Below, in pieces: positions 32,901 through 47,900 of a stretch of DNA of 64,000 bases. The stretch lies in assembly GCA_965235115.1 (NCBI GenBank), contig OZ249436.1, positions 45,138,001-45,202,000 on the forward strand, read 5' to 3'. The notes beneath the pieces are model-generated. The model was not told where the DNA came from. It did no database searches and saw nothing but the letters and a program-made list of their open reading frames with translations. The first letter of the stretch is position 1. Each line of letters begins with the position of its first letter. This DNA comes from Laetmonice hystrix. Lineage: Eukaryota. The translations under genes were made by a program, and so were the position numbers.

Positions 32901-35900
32901 AGTAACTCCGAATGTTCCACAATCCAAGCATATTTAACAGATCCAGGTGTTACATACGAACTGTTAGCGTAAGTCAGATATAAAATCATCCTCATCCATT
33001 GGAGAACTTCCAGCAGTTCTTGTATCACAGTCTCTCCCTAATGGCAATGAACTGCTTTCTTTGCAAGAAGACTGAAAATCTCAAGACACGTTCTAACTTC
33101 AAAGGAGCACACTATGAGACAGTGTAGCTGAATGTGTCGTTGAAGGCATTACCTCTGGTAAAAAACGATTTTACATTACCGCCTTATCTTTACCTCCTTA
33201 CAATCCGTGGATTAATGGAGACTCCATTACGAAACACGGAGAGGGAAGCACCTCCCACACACCCACACCCACAGACACACCCCGTCCAAGCATAGCTGTT
33301 GTTACAAGTTAATGACACTGGCACTGGTAAAATGTAGGTAGTTTTTAAGGCAAGTTGCTGAGATATTAACAGAAGACAGCAGTGGATTACCCTGGGAAAC
33401 AATTTTATGTTTCCTTTGGACACACCCGTGATAATATGTCATGATATGTGCCCTTGGAGGAAATTATGTGCCCTTCAGGACAGGGGCACGCGGTAGATGA
33501 TCAGTGAAACACAGATCATGTCAGGGTTTTGTCAATACTACATCTATTCAATAATGCTGATGTAGTCTTTATTTTTTATATGTTCAGGATAACATCAACT
33601 TCAAGAAGCAACCAACTACTGGAAATAATGGCACGGAAATGCTAGGTTACAACTGGCCGACATGTAGGCCTGTCGTAAATGTGCCTTATTGGCACATGTT
33701 GAAAAGAAGTATGTGCCATTTCACATTTTAACGTGCCATTGGCGCAATGACACAGCCTAAAGTGATCTGTGAGAAGATATCTAGAGTTTTTCACGGAGAT
33801 TTAAGCCAACTCATCTTGAATCGATCTGGCCTAGCCTTGGGTCATTCAGGTATATTTATTACATGAACACTATTGCTGTGTGAGAGAAACTTCGTGGCAC
33901 TGACAGGTCTAGTGTCTGTAGCCGGGGATACAGGGTGAGTATCCTGGCTTAGAATAACTTAGATGGTTACCTAGGGTGCCCTGGGTACTGGAGAGGGGTG
34001 TAAATATGCACCCCACTTACTGAATCGTGACGGAGGTAAATGATATGAACTACCTCATGACTCGATTCGTGTAACATTCACAGATGGAATGGCCATTTGT
34101 CGTCGCGTGTTTACTGTCGTCCGGTATTGTTTTCAAGAGACAAGCAAGACAATGGGATATTTTTTTTTTTCATTATTTTTTTTGTCTGCCTGGGGCTCAT
34201 GGCGAGTAAAGGAATACTTCTTTCAGTGTCGTGGTTCCCATGGCACATGGTGTATATGGGTTCATATTAATGCTACCCAGTTATTTAAGAAAATATATGA
34301 GTGATTGAAACCCATAATACAAGGAATAAATGAATATAATTTGTAAGTGTAGTCTTAGATTAAAATGATGGTAACTCTAGAAAAGTAGATTTATACAAAT
34401 GATATAGTTGTCTAGATTAGCCAGGAATCTTTAGCCGAGGACCAACTTTTCTGATACATGTACCGGCCGTACATGTACATGTACCTCAACAACATCTTCC
34501 CATGCACAAAGTGGCATTTTCACGCTGTGCAAATGTTGTCTTAATCCTGTGAAAATATTACTGTTGTAAGGAGGAGCACAACATGTAAAATCACACTGTA
34601 GACGGGAACCTTAACGGATGCAGTATTCCTGAAATATTAACTCGCACGTGTCCTCATGCACACTGAACAAATTAGAAGTCTCAGGCATTTTTAACATCAG
34701 GCAGACAATTGTTGAATTAATGATGTTGTAGTGTCGGTACTGAGAGATAATAAAACACGGCCCTTTGTTCAGTCAGTACCGATACCCTGGTTAGGTTGAT
34801 AGAGTTTTAGATATTTCCTAACCAGGAAGTCTGCATTGATTGGGATATAGATCAGGAATGTAAAACCTGCTTGGATTGACCCAGCGTAACATCCTATCGA
34901 AATCAGGGGTTAGAATTAAGGTCCATGAACAAGGGTAGGGTATGGATATGGGGGTTTTAGGTGGAGGGATCTAGATAGCCTGGGTTCGGAACAGGGGTAG
35001 GTTTCTCTCCAAACCGTATTGTCAGTGACGACGAAAAACATAAGATATAAAGGGGTCAGGGACAGGGTGTGCAGAACGACATTTCCACGAGATTTTGTGG
35101 TGAGAAATAAAAATATATAATCCCAGCCCCAAATCGAACCCAAGCCCCAAACCTAGGTCTCAAGGCCCAAACCGAAACGAAGCCCCAAACCTCGGTCCCA
35201 AGGCCCAGACCGAACCCAAGCCCCAAACCTCGGTCCCAAGGCCCAAACCGAACCCAAGCCCCAAACCTCGGTCCCAAGGCCCAAACTGAACCCAAGCCCC
35301 AAACTGGGTCCCAAGGCCCAAACCGAACCCAAGCCCCAAACCTCGGTCCCACTTGGCCCAAACCGAACCCAAGCCCCAGACCTCGACCCCAAGAACCCCC
35401 TCCCCCAAATCCCCTTATCCGTATCCGAACCCAAGCCCCAAACCTGGGTCCCAAGGCCCAAATCGAACCCAAGCCCCAAACCTCGGTCCCAAGGCCCAAA
35501 CCGAACCCAAGCCCCAAACCTCGGTCCCAAGGCCCAAACCGAACCCAAGCCCCAAACCTCGGTCTCAAGGCCCAAACCGAAACGAAGCCCCAAACCTCGG
35601 TCCCAAGGCCCAAACCAAAACGAAGCCCCAAACCTTAGTCCCAAGGCCCAAACCGAACCCAAGCCCCAAACCTTGGCCCCAAGGCCCAAACTGAACCCAG
35701 GCCCCAAACTGGGTCCCAAGGCCCAAACCGAACCCAAGCCCCAAACCTCGGTCCCACTTGGCCCAAACCGAACCCAAGCCCCAGACCTCGACCCCAAGAA
35801 CCCCCTCCCCCAAATCCCCTTATCCGTATCCGTACCCCTGGGCACCCCTGACCCTGACCCCTAATTTCATGGGAATGGTACATGTGGAATAAAGGTGGCT

Positions 35901-38900
35901 CGGCTTGCCGTCCGCATTACCAGAGTAGGAGGTGAGTGTCAAACATCAGTGTTAGCCCACGGTATATGGTAATATAATTCAGCAGGAACTGTCAGTAAGG
36001 GGACACTTGGGTAAGTAAATCAGGATATATGGATCGAGTGGGAGACATTACCATAACTGGGGACACCGGTGTGTGTACATGTAGGCATATAGTGCAAGGC
36101 GCTCCTGGGCCAGCCACAGTAGAGCTTGGAGAGGGGGGGGGGGGGGAGTTATGGGTTCGCCGGCAACAGAGGCACCTGCGGGGTTTGATATGTTCCCTGG
36201 TCAGCGGGTCGGGAGCCACGTTTCTCTACCATTCAGGATAATTCCCCCATGGTAAAACTTCCCGCGAAATTAGGGGCAGGCCGGCCTGCGGTAGTGGCGG
36301 AACAGATAGTATATTGGGGGGGGGGGGTCTTTTGCTTAAGGTAATATGGGGGGGGGGGGGATTTGCATTTTGAGGTATCATGGTGGAACATGGTTGTAAT
36401 GTATCATCTATACAAACCCAGATCTAGTATATTTAAATAATATGTCATAAAAATCAACAAAAGCCATAGGATTATTGAGGGGGACAGGCCTCAATAAAAT
36501 TATTATGGGCTAGGGCATAGGGGCAGGGTTAGGGGCAGGAGTAGTTAGCCCCGTCCAGTAGGGACAGGGGCAGGGTTAGGGTCAGGAGTAGAAACAGGGT
36601 CAGGAGTAGGGACAGGGGCAGGGCAAGGATCGAGATACGTTTTCAGGGGGAGATCTGGGAACGAGGTTAGACGACTTACTTAGAGTTACAATAGATTTGA
36701 GGTTCTTACGACCAAATTTCCTGGATATGCTGCCACGGGAATCTGCCCATTCGGCACCGATCCCAGGTTGGCGCTGTGGCAGTACATCTTGGATACGGAC
36801 CAGGGATCTGGGAAAAATTCTAGCCATACTAGCCATACAACAGTTGGAGTTGCCACGGCAGTTTTTAGACAAGGACTTTTATATGCATACCAACATTGTT
36901 TACACACACAGGGACCAGTTTGTTGAGAGGGGGTGGGGGTGGGGTAGGGGGTGGGGGTGGGGTAGGGGGTGGGGGTGGGGATGATGGTTTACCCGTATCC
37001 AGTGTCGTCTGTCAGTGACCCATAGTTTCAGGGTCCCAAAGTAAGGAAATTCACAAACGTGGCGAATTGCCTGCAGTGAGGAGAACTTTTGTGAGTGTAG
37101 GAGCCGGCTAGGGTGACCCGTGCTCAGATGTGTACCCCCAGCCTGAGGAGAACTTTTGTGAGTGTAGGCGCCGGCTAGGGTGACCCGTGCTCAGATGTGT
37201 ACCCCCAGCCTGAGGAGAACTTTTGTGAGTGTAGGAGCCGGCTAGGGTGAACCGTGCTCAGATGTGTACCCCCAGCCTGAGGAGAAGTTTTGTGAGTGTA
37301 GGCGCCGGCTAGGATGAACCGTGCTCAGATGTGTACCCCCAGCCTGAGGAGAACTTTTGTGAGTGTAGGCGCCGGCTAGGGTGACCCGTGCTCAGATGTG
37401 TACCCCCAGCCTGAGGAGAACTTTTGTGAGTGTAGGCGCCGGCTAGGGTGACCCGTGCTCAGATGTGTACCCCCAGCCTGAGGAGAAGTTTTGTGAGTGT
37501 AGGCGCCGGCTAGGGTGACCCATGCTTAGATGTGTACCCCCAGCCTGAGGAGAACTTTTGTGAGTGTAGGCGCCGGCTAGGGTGACCCGTGCTCAGATGT
37601 GTACCCCCAGCCTGAGGAGAAGTTTTGTGAGTGTAGGCGCCGGCTAGGATGAACCGTGCTCAGATGTGTACCCCCAGCCTGAGGAGAACTTTTGTGAGTG
37701 TAGGCGCCGGCTAGGGTGACCCGTGCTCAGATGTGTACCCCCAGCCGTAAGATATTATATAACTGGGCATAGAGGTTGGGGGGCGGCAAAGGGATTGGTT
37801 TTTGAGCTGTCTGAGATATGGGGCTAGATAATACTGAGAGATTTTTTGGTCTTAGCGTTTATGCATACCGGTACTGTCAGCGTACTGCCAGCGTACTGCC
37901 AACAGGCTGCTGGCGTACTGCCAACAGGCTGCTGGAATACTGCCGACGTACTGCCGGCGTACTGCCGCCCTACTGGGTTCTTCCCCCATGATAACTTTCC
38001 ACGAAATGTTTGGGCAGGGGTTAGGGTTAAGGTCAGGGATAGGGATAGGGATAGGATAGGGATATATGTTTTTGGGAGGTGTAGGGACTGGGGTTAGGGG
38101 TTAGGGATAAGGTCAGGGCCATGGATTTTTACTTTCCACCAAATTTCGTGGGGTTTAAGTTATCATGGGCGATATACCGTCTACTGCCAGCCTACTGCCA
38201 GCGTGTTGTAGCGTACTGATTAAGTGGGTAACACTACAGCCTCATAAATTAAGAATAGATTGTCGCCCGGTGGAGAATCGGAAGCCATTTACTAAAACAG
38301 GAGAACAAAAAAACATTTGCAGTCCAAGTCCTACAAATGTAATGACAGTAACGCTATTTGCAAAGTCTCAATCAATCATTGTAAATTCCAGCCTAATTGT
38401 TAGAGATACCTGGTCCTTGCCTGAGGTAGAATTACTGATCTTGATATTACAATATAAAGTCATCTTTTAAAATCTAGTTAGGATAGAATTCCATGAGATG
38501 CACCCGACAATAGGACGTCTCCTCCTCAAAACTTTAAGTAGTAATCTATAGTTCATGAAAATATTTGATAAGAAGAGAAACGTATGTTGGATATTGTACT
38601 ATTACAAAGGCATGAATTTTCATCGAATCTAGTTCATTTAGTTTTGTTATTTTAAAGATTCTAAAATCAATAATTCTTATTCTATGAGTCACGGAAGAAA
38701 GAAAGGAACAAGAACAATGGTGTGTCCAATTCTCTGATCGCCTTGGAACACATACACCTGGGCCCGGTTCACAAACAAAGTCAAGTCAATTTTAATTAAC
38801 TTGAAATCCCTTTTAACCAATCAGATTCAAGTAAAATTGACTTCAAGTCAATTAAAATTGACTTGACTTTGTTTATGAACCGGGCCCTGTACTACACAGC

Positions 38901-41900
38901 AACAAGATTGGATCTAGATAGAAAAAAAAACACAACAAATTTATCGACACTGTAAGTAGAGTAAGATAAGTCATGAACATCTGTTCGAAATGTTTGCCAC
39001 TGATCATTATGGGGGTATGCGCGCAGATGTGTGGCCTTGTTAGATGCATACTCAATGACAAATCATGGCCAGGTGGCCTACATGTACATTCAATAACCAA
39101 TCATAGCCACGTGGCCGACATATATACAATACCTACTATAATGGACAAAGCAATCGTTACCATGCTTGAAGAGTCCCAGAAGTTGACTGTGCCTGTTATT
39201 GCGTATCACACTTTTAGAACATTTTATCCCCGGACTAATATGTTATTCATTTCTTTTCGATTTCTTACATCAATTTCTCTGCGTCCTGAGGTGACTGAAA
39301 TAATACACGCATCTAGTAGATACGGGATTACTCGTGTGAGGAGATAACGCGGGATGTAACAAATTTCTCTATAGTACCGGGTTCAGGACTATAGCCAGGG
39401 TGGTGCCGGGTTCAGGACTATAGCCAGGGTGGTGCCGGGTTCAGGACTATAGCCAGGGTGGTGCCGGGTTCAGGACTAGAGCCAGGGTGGTGCCGGGTTC
39501 AGGACTATAGCCAGGGTGGTGCCTGGTTCAGGACTAGAGCCAGGGTAGTGCCGGGTTCAGCACTATAGCCAGGGTGGTGCCGGGTTCAGGACTATAGCCA
39601 GGGTGGTGCCGGGTTCAGGACTATAGCCAGGGTGGTGCCTGGTTCAGGACTATAGCAAGGGTGGTGCCGGGTTCAGGACTATAGCCAGGGTAGTGCCGGG
39701 TTCAGGACTATAGCCAGGGTGGTGCCTGGTTCAGGACTAGAGCCAGGGTAGTGCCGGGTTCAGCACTATAGCCAGGGTGGTGCCGGGTTCAGGACTATAG
39801 CCAGGGTGGTGCCTGGTTCAGGACTATAGCCAGGGTGGTGCCGGGTTCAGGACTATAGCCAGGGTAGTGCCGGGTTCAGCACTATAGCCAGGGTGGTGGC
39901 GGGTTCAGGACTATAGCCAGGGTGGTGGCGGGTTCAGGACTATAGCCAGGGTGGTGTCTGGTTCAGGACTATAGCCAGGGCGGTGCGGTTCAGCACTATA
40001 GCCAGGGCGGTGCCGGGTTCAGGACTATAGCCAGGGTGGTGCCTGGTTCAGGACTATAGCCAGGGTGGTGCCGGGTTCAGGACTATAGCCAGGGTGGTGG
40101 CGGGTTCAGGACTATAGCCAGGGTAGTGCCGGGTTCAGGACTATAGCCAGGGTAGTGTCGGGTTCAGGACTATAGCCAGGGTAGTGTCGGGTTCAGGACT
40201 ATAGCCAGGGTAGTGCCTGGTTGAGGACTATAGCCAGGGTGGTGCCGGGTTCAGGACTATAGCCAGGGTGGTGTCGGGTTCAGGACTATAGCCAGGGTGG
40301 TGTCGGGTTCAGGACTATAGCCAGGGTGGTGCCGGGTTCAGGACTATAGCCAGGGTGGTGTCGGGTTCAGGACTATAGCCAGGGTGGTGCCGGGTTCAGG
40401 ACTATAGCCAGGGTAGTGTCGGGTTCAGGACTATAGCCAGGGTAGTGTCGGGTTCAGGACTATAGCCAGGGTAGTGCCTGGTTGAGGACTATAGCCAGGG
40501 TAGTGCCGGGTTCAGGACTATAGCCAGGGTAGTGCCGGGTTCAGGACTATAGCCAGGGTAGTGCCTGGTTGAGGACTATAGCCAGGGTAGTGCCGGGTTG
40601 AGGACTATAGCCAGGGTAGTGCCTGGTTGAGGACTATAGCCAGGGTAGTGCCGGGTTCAGGACTATAGCCAGGGTAGTGTCGGGTTCAGGACTATAGCCA
40701 GGGTAGTGCCTGGTTGAGGACTATAGCCAGGGTGGTGCCGGGTTCAGGACTATAGCCAGGGTGGTGCCGGGTTCAGGACTATAGCCAGGGTAGTGCCGGG
40801 TTCAGGACTATAGCCAGGGTAGTGCCGGGTTCAGGACTATAGCCAGGGTAGTGCCTGGTTGAGGACTATAGCCAGGGTGGTGCCGGTAGAAGATATTGTT
40901 GTACATGTACATGTATACAATACATGTACTGGACAAACACTATATGCTGGACTGATATTATAATATTTTTTTTTTATATTCAGGATGATGAGCTCAGTAA
41001 AGGAGGAAAAGAAACTCAGAAACAGAACGGCCAGGGAGCTGCAGAGGGGCCGAATAACGTGAAACATCTCCCAGATCTCGCCAAAAATGGACCTTATAAT
41101 AAAAACTCTAAGGCCTCAAAGGACCTTCAAAAACAGTCTATTCAAGGAGCTAACTCTATAAGGAAGGATTCGCCTGGCGAGCATCTGTATAAGGCGTCCT
41201 GTAATATTGTGTCTAAAGATGCACTTTCTGCCATCCTTCGGGCCCAGACTCAGAGATGTAAACAGGATATTGCAGATATTGCCTGTAGGAGTCAGGCTGG
41301 AAAATTATACAAAAAACACCTCCCCAGATACTGCGTATTAAAAGGTAAGCAAATGGTATGAACCATACATGGAATAAAATCAACTTTTATTTGTTACATC
41401 TTGACATGGCTAATACCAAGACCCTAATACCATTCCCTAATATCGAGAAATACAACTCCTGCCACTGGAACTACTTTGAAGTAGTGAAGTGGAAATAAAT
41501 AACAAATGATACGGAATTATGCATCATGCCTTTCAGAATGGAAATTACCTTTGTGTTTATTTTAGATGCAGGCGAGGGTGAATACATGGGGTGTTTCAAG
41601 GACTCCAACAAAGATCGCCTGCTCAATGGCTACCACATGGAATTCAGGGAAGACAACACAGCCGAGCGCTGCCTCTACTTCTGTCTGCGGGCAGGTGAGT
41701 TTATTCATCCTGTATGGATCTGTCTCTGTGTCTCGGGTGAGGGTGGTCCGAGAGCTACCTCTACTTCTGTCTGTGGGCAGGTGAGTTTATTCATCCTGTA
41801 TGAGTCACAGATCTGTCTACCTGTGTCTCGGGTGAGGGTGGTCCCAGAGCTACCTCTACTTCTGTCTGCGGGCAGGTGAGTTTATTCATCCTGTATGGGT

Positions 41901-44900
41901 CACAGATCTGTCTCTGTGTCTCGGGTGAGGGGTCCCAGAGCTGCCTCTACTTCTGTCTGCGGGCAGGTGAGTTTATTCATCCTGTATGGGTCACAGATCT
42001 GTCTCTGTGTCTCGGGTGAGGGTGGTCCCAGAGCTATCTCTACTTCTGTCTGCGGGCAGGTGAGTTTATTCATCCTGTATGGGTCACAGATCTGTCTCTG
42101 TGTCTCGGGTGAGGGTGGTCCCAGAGCTACCTCTACTTCTGTCTGTGGGCAGGTGAGTTTATTCATCCTGTATGGGTCACAGATCTGTCTACCTGTGTCT
42201 CGGGTGAGGGTGGTCCCAGAGCTACCTCTACTTCTGTCTGTGGGCAGGTGAGTTTATTCATCCTGTATGGGTCACAGATCTGTCTCTGTGTCTCGGGTGA
42301 GGGGTCCCAGAGCTGCCTCTACTTCTGTCTGCGGGCAGGTGAGTTTATTCATCCTGTATGGGTCACAGATCTGTCTCTGTGTCTCGGGTGAGGGTGGTCC
42401 CAGAGCTATCTCTACTTCTGTCTGCGGGCAGGTGAGTTTATTCATCCTGTATGGGTCACAGTATCTATCTGTCTCTGTGTCTTGGGTGAGGGTGGTCCCA
42501 GAGCTACCTCTACTTCTGTCTGTGGGCAGGTGAGTTTATTCATCCTGTATGGGTCACAGATCTGTCTCTGTGTTTCGGGTGAGGGTGGTCCCAGAGCTAC
42601 CTCTACTTCTGTCTGCGGGCAGGTGAGTTTATTCATCCTGTATGGGTCACAGATCTGTCTCTGTGTCTCGGGTGAGAGTGGTCAGAGAGCTACCTCTACT
42701 CCTGTCTGCGGGCAGGTGAGTTTATTCATCCTGTATGGGTCACAGATCTGTCTCTGTGTCTCGGGTAAGGGTGGTCCCAGAGCTACCTCTACTTCTGTCT
42801 GCGGGCAGGTGAGTTTATTCATCCTGTATGGGTCACAGATCTGTCTCTGTGTCTCGGGTGAGAGTGGTCAGAGAGCTACCTCTACTTCTGTCTGCGGGCA
42901 GGTGAGTTTATTCATCCTGTATGGATCTGTCTCTGTGTCTCGGGTGAGAGTGGTCAGAGAGCTACCTCTACTTCTGTCTGCGGGCAGGTGAGTTTATTCA
43001 TCCTGTATGGGTCACAGATCTGTCTACCTGTGTCTCGGGTAAGGGTGGTCCCAGAGCTACCTCTACTTCTGTCCCTGGAACTGTTGATAGTTACACCTAC
43101 CCATACACTTCAGTCCACTTCAGTCGGATATGTTATGGGAGGAAGTAAAAGGTCTCATGTTGCACGCACGGATCCGCTCAGGTCCTGGGGCAGACTTTTA
43201 CTCACTTTTCGTGGCTCTTCCTCTTTCTATCTCGTTTTTAGCTGACATCGGCATATGTTGTCATACCCAGCTCTAGGTTCGGTATATTCTAAGGTCATAC
43301 CTAGCTATAGGGTCAGAACATTCTGGGGTCATGCCTAGCTCTAGGATCAGTACATTCTTGGGTCATGCCGAGAGATCTCTAGGATCAGTACATTCTTGGG
43401 TCATGCCGAGATATCTCTAGGGTCAGTGCATCCATGGGTCATGTCTAGCTCTAGGGTCAGTACATTCCTGGGTCATGCCTAGCTCTAGGGTCAGAACATT
43501 CTTGGGTCACACCTAGCTCTAGGGTCAGTACATTCTTGGGTCATACCTAGCTCTACGGTCAGTACATTCTTGGGTCATACCTAGCTCTAGGGTCAGTACA
43601 TTCTTGGGTCATGTCTAGCTCTAGGGTCAGTACATTCATGGGTCATGTCTAGCTCTAGGGTCAGTACATTCTTGGGTCATGCTTAGCTCTAGAGTCAGTA
43701 CATTCTTGGGTCATGTCTAGCTCTAGGGTCAGTACATTCATGGGTCATGTCTAGCTCTAGGGTCAGTACATTCTTGGGTCATGCTTAGCTCTAGGGTCAG
43801 TACATTCTTGGGTCATACCTAGCTCTAGGGTCAGTACATTCTTGGGTCATACCTAGCTCTAGGGTCAGTACATTCTTGGGTCATACCTAGCTCTAGGGTC
43901 AGTATATTCTTGGGTCATACCTAGCTCTAGGGTCAGTACATTCTTGGGTCATGTCTAGCTCTAGGGTCAGTACATTCTTGGGTCATACCTAGCTCTAGGG
44001 TCAATATATTCTCAGATCGTACAGCTCATCTGCTGTACGATCTAGTCTGAAGCCACTCTACGTACACAAGGAATTGACCGCGGACTGAAGCTCATGCTAC
44101 TGTTTATTTGAGTAGGCTTCCTTCGGTCAGTGTATGACCCGATATTTTCATTACATACACGTGTAGCTAGGACTGTACTCTATCCACATGGAACCTCTGA
44201 GTGTAGCTGTTAGCTGATTGAATGTAGAAGGATGTTGTCTGGTAACGACTCCACCAGCTGGCTCCAGACAGTCTTATTTCCCCTGACCGCCGCACCAGTC
44301 ATGTTTACAACAGGGGTCCCTTCCTGATCACGGAAAGAGGAGGAAATACATGGGGAAAGTACGGAATGACCTGACCCGACCTGACCTGACCTGACCTGGG
44401 GTGAAATCTAGCTAACCGTGATCGTGCATGCTTTAATGAACGTGTAGGATACTGAACAGCGAGTGATTGAAACTTTTATATTATTGACCATTTAAGGGAA
44501 GAAAGATTATGATCCAAGTAATTCCGTCGGTGACGATACCAAAGGATTACATGCCTGTTTCTCACCATGCCTTACTAAGCTTTGAATCTTCATTGTCAAG
44601 CGCATTGACAGGATTCAACACGCCCCTGTAATCCTTTAACTTGTTACAGACCACACAGCGGAACCGTGTCTGAGAGAATGGTAATCTTGTTATTACGTAA
44701 ACAGTGGCACTGCATCCAGGGAGAATGGATCGTTTCCAATTACTGGGCCCCTTCATGTGGTGAGACCCACTCCAAGCGAAGGTGGGGAGAAAGAGGGGGG
44801 GGGGGGGTCACCCCCCCCCTTCCGCTTTGTCTGGTTGTGATGAAGGGATACAAATGTCTGGGAGATGATGGACTGACCGTTTGACTTCCGTTGTTGTCTA

Positions 44901-47900
44901 CTGTTGACAGGCTGGGGGGTGATGGACTGACCGTTTGAGTTCAGTTGTTGTCTACTGTTGACAGGCTGGGGGGTGATGGACTGACCGTTTGAGTTCAGTT
45001 GTTGTCTACTGTTGACAGTCTGGGGATGATGGACTGACCGTTTGAGTTCAGTTGTTGTCTACTGTTGACAGGCTAGGGGATGATGGACTGACCGTTTGAG
45101 TTCAGTTGTTGTCTACTGTTGACAGTCTGGGGGATGATGGACTGACCGTTTGAGTTCAGTTGTTGTCTACTGTTGACAGTCTGGGAGATGATGGACTGAC
45201 CGTTTGAGTTCAGTTGTTGTCTACTGTTGACAGTCTGGGAGATGATGGACTGACCGTTTGAGTTCAGTTGTTGTCTACTGTTGACAGTCTGGGAGATGAT
45301 GGACTGACCGTTTGAGTTCAGTTGTTGTCTACTGTTGACAGTCTGGGGGATGATGGACTGACCGTTTGAGTTCAGTTGTTGTCTACTGTTGACAGGCTGG
45401 GAGATGATGGACTGACCGTTTGAGTTCAGTTGTTGTCTACTGTTGACAGTCTGGGGGATGATGGACTGACCGTTTGAGTTCAGTTGTTGTCTACTGTTGA
45501 CAGTCTGGGAGATGATGGACTGACCGTTTGAGTTCAGTTGTTGTCTACTGTTGACAGTCTGGGGGATGATGGACTGACCGTTTGAGTTCAGTTGTTGTCT
45601 ACTGTTGACAGTCTGGGGGATGATGGACTGACCGTTTGAGTTCAGTTGTTGTCTACTGTTGACAGTCTGGGGGATGATGGACTGACCGTTTGAGTTCAGT
45701 TGTTGTCTACTGTTGACAGGCTGGGGGGTGATGGACTGACCGTTTGAGTTCAGTTGTTGTCTACTGTTGACAGTCTGGGGATGATGGACTGACCGTTTGA
45801 GTTCAGTTGTTGTCTACTGTTGACAGTCTGGGAGATGATGGACTGACCGTTTGAGTTCAGTTGTTGTCTACTGTTGACAGTCTGGAAGATGATGGACTGA
45901 CCGTTTGAGTTCAGTTGTTGTCTACTGTTGACAGTCTGGGGGATGATGGACTGACCGTTTGAGTTCAGTTGTTGTCTACTGTTGACAGTCTGGGGGATGA
46001 TGGACTGACCGTTTGAGTTCAGTTGTTGTCTACTGTTGACAGTCTGGGAGATGATGGACTGACCGTTTGAGTTCAGTTGTTGTCTACTGTTGACAGTCTG
46101 GGGGATGATGGACTGACCGTTTGAGTTCAGTTGTTGTCTACTGTTGACAGTCTGGGGGATGATGGACTGACCGTTTGAGTTCAGTTGTTGTCTACTGTTG
46201 ACAGTCTGGGAGATGATGGACTGACCGTTTGAGTTCAGTTGTTGTCTACTGTTGACAGGCTAGGGGATGATGGACTGACCGTTTGAGTTCAGTTGTTGTC
46301 TACTGTTGACAGTCTGGGGGATGATGGACTGACCGTTTGAGTTCAGTTGTTGTCTACTGTTGACAGTCTGGGAGATGATGGACTGACCGTTTGAGTTCAG
46401 TTGTTGTCTACTGTTGACAGTCTGGGGGATGATGGACTGACCGTTTGAGTTCAGTTGTTGTCTACTGTTGACAGTCTGGGGGATGATGGACTGACCGTTT
46501 GAGTTCAGTTGTTGTCTACTGTTGACAGTCTGGGAGATGATGGACTGACCGTTTGAGTTCAGTTGTTGTCTACTGTTGACAGTCTGGGAGATGATGGACT
46601 GACCGTTTGAGTTCAGTTGTTGTCTACTGTTGACAGTCTGGGAGATGATGGACTGACCGTTTGAGTTCAGTTGTTGTCTACTGTTGACAGTCTGGGGGAT
46701 GATGGACTGACCGTTTGAGTTCAGTTGTTGTCTACTGTTGACAGTCTGGGGGATGATGGACTGACCGTTTGAGTTCAGTTGTTGTCTACTGTTGACAGTC
46801 TGGGAGATGATGGACTGACCGTTTGAGTTCAGTTGTTGTCTACTGTTGACAGTCTGGAAGATGATGGACTGACCGTTTGAGTTCAGTTGTTGTCTACTGT
46901 TGACAGGCTGGGGGATGATGGACTGACCGTTTGAGTTCAGTTGTTGTCTACTGTTGACAGTCTGGGGGATGACTCACGAACAGCGACGGATAGTGCGACG
47001 GGCGACCGACCAGAAATACCGGACCCTTTAACCTGACTGTCCGTCGCTGGGTGGACGGTCTGTCGCTGTTAGGAGCGGACCATTTGATCCTGGGGGGGGG
47101 GGGGGGGGGGGGGGGCATGGTTTTTCTGCATGAGCAAACTTTTTTTGCCCCCCCCCCAGGCCGAAGCTATCTTTTTTTTTCGCTATGACCATTAATCAAA
47201 CTATTTTCCCCCCATTTCGACTTTACTATTTTTTTTACATAAGGAACAAACTATTTTTTTATGTAGTTTGATGAACAAGTTTTTTTTTAATGATAGCCCC
47301 CCTCTCCCACACACACGTATAAAATGGTCCGCCCCTTAGTGATACGGTCGTAAGTGAGGTATGGTTAATTTATCTGGGGGTGGAGAAGTTATCTGAAAAT
47401 GCGAAACGGTATAAGAGAAAAAGAAGTAGATCTAATCAAGCAAAAGTCATGTAGGACACTGAGCTGATGTTGGATGTGGGTGTTGAGACATTCAGCAAAC
47501 TCACCCTGACACCTGATTCTGGATTAACTCCGTGCTCTAGATTTCCAGAGGAGTTTGATGATAAGAACGGTATACACACAGGTACGAGGGATTCTAAGCC
47601 TTGCTTGTTTGATTTAAGTTAGGACTCGGCAGTTTTATTAATTCATACCATGATTTCATAAAATATCTTCAAATGTTCATTTCAAGCTCTCGTTCCAAGA
47701 CGGTCGGCTAAATTTTCTTCCCCCTACTTGGTTTAATTGCTGCTTTGGTCCTGGCCTGCATGTTCTACAGTTGCCTAATGCAGTGAACAGTTTTACCATT
47801 GACGCTTTTCACCACCGATTCTAATGGAACCTGTCCATCACTTACAGTTCGTCATTTTTTTCTTCCTGTCCAAATTTGTTTTCAGTTTGTCTCAGTTTTC

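Noticed and set aside
33588..33662. Extra xylosyltransferase exon after ttcag at 33587
   Set aside because: No convincing phase-0 donor; exons 30204 and 40984 already join in frame.
37077..46971. Regular arrays as possible CRISPR
   Set aside because: Units are contiguous with no unique spacers, there are no cas genes, and the context is eukaryotic introns.
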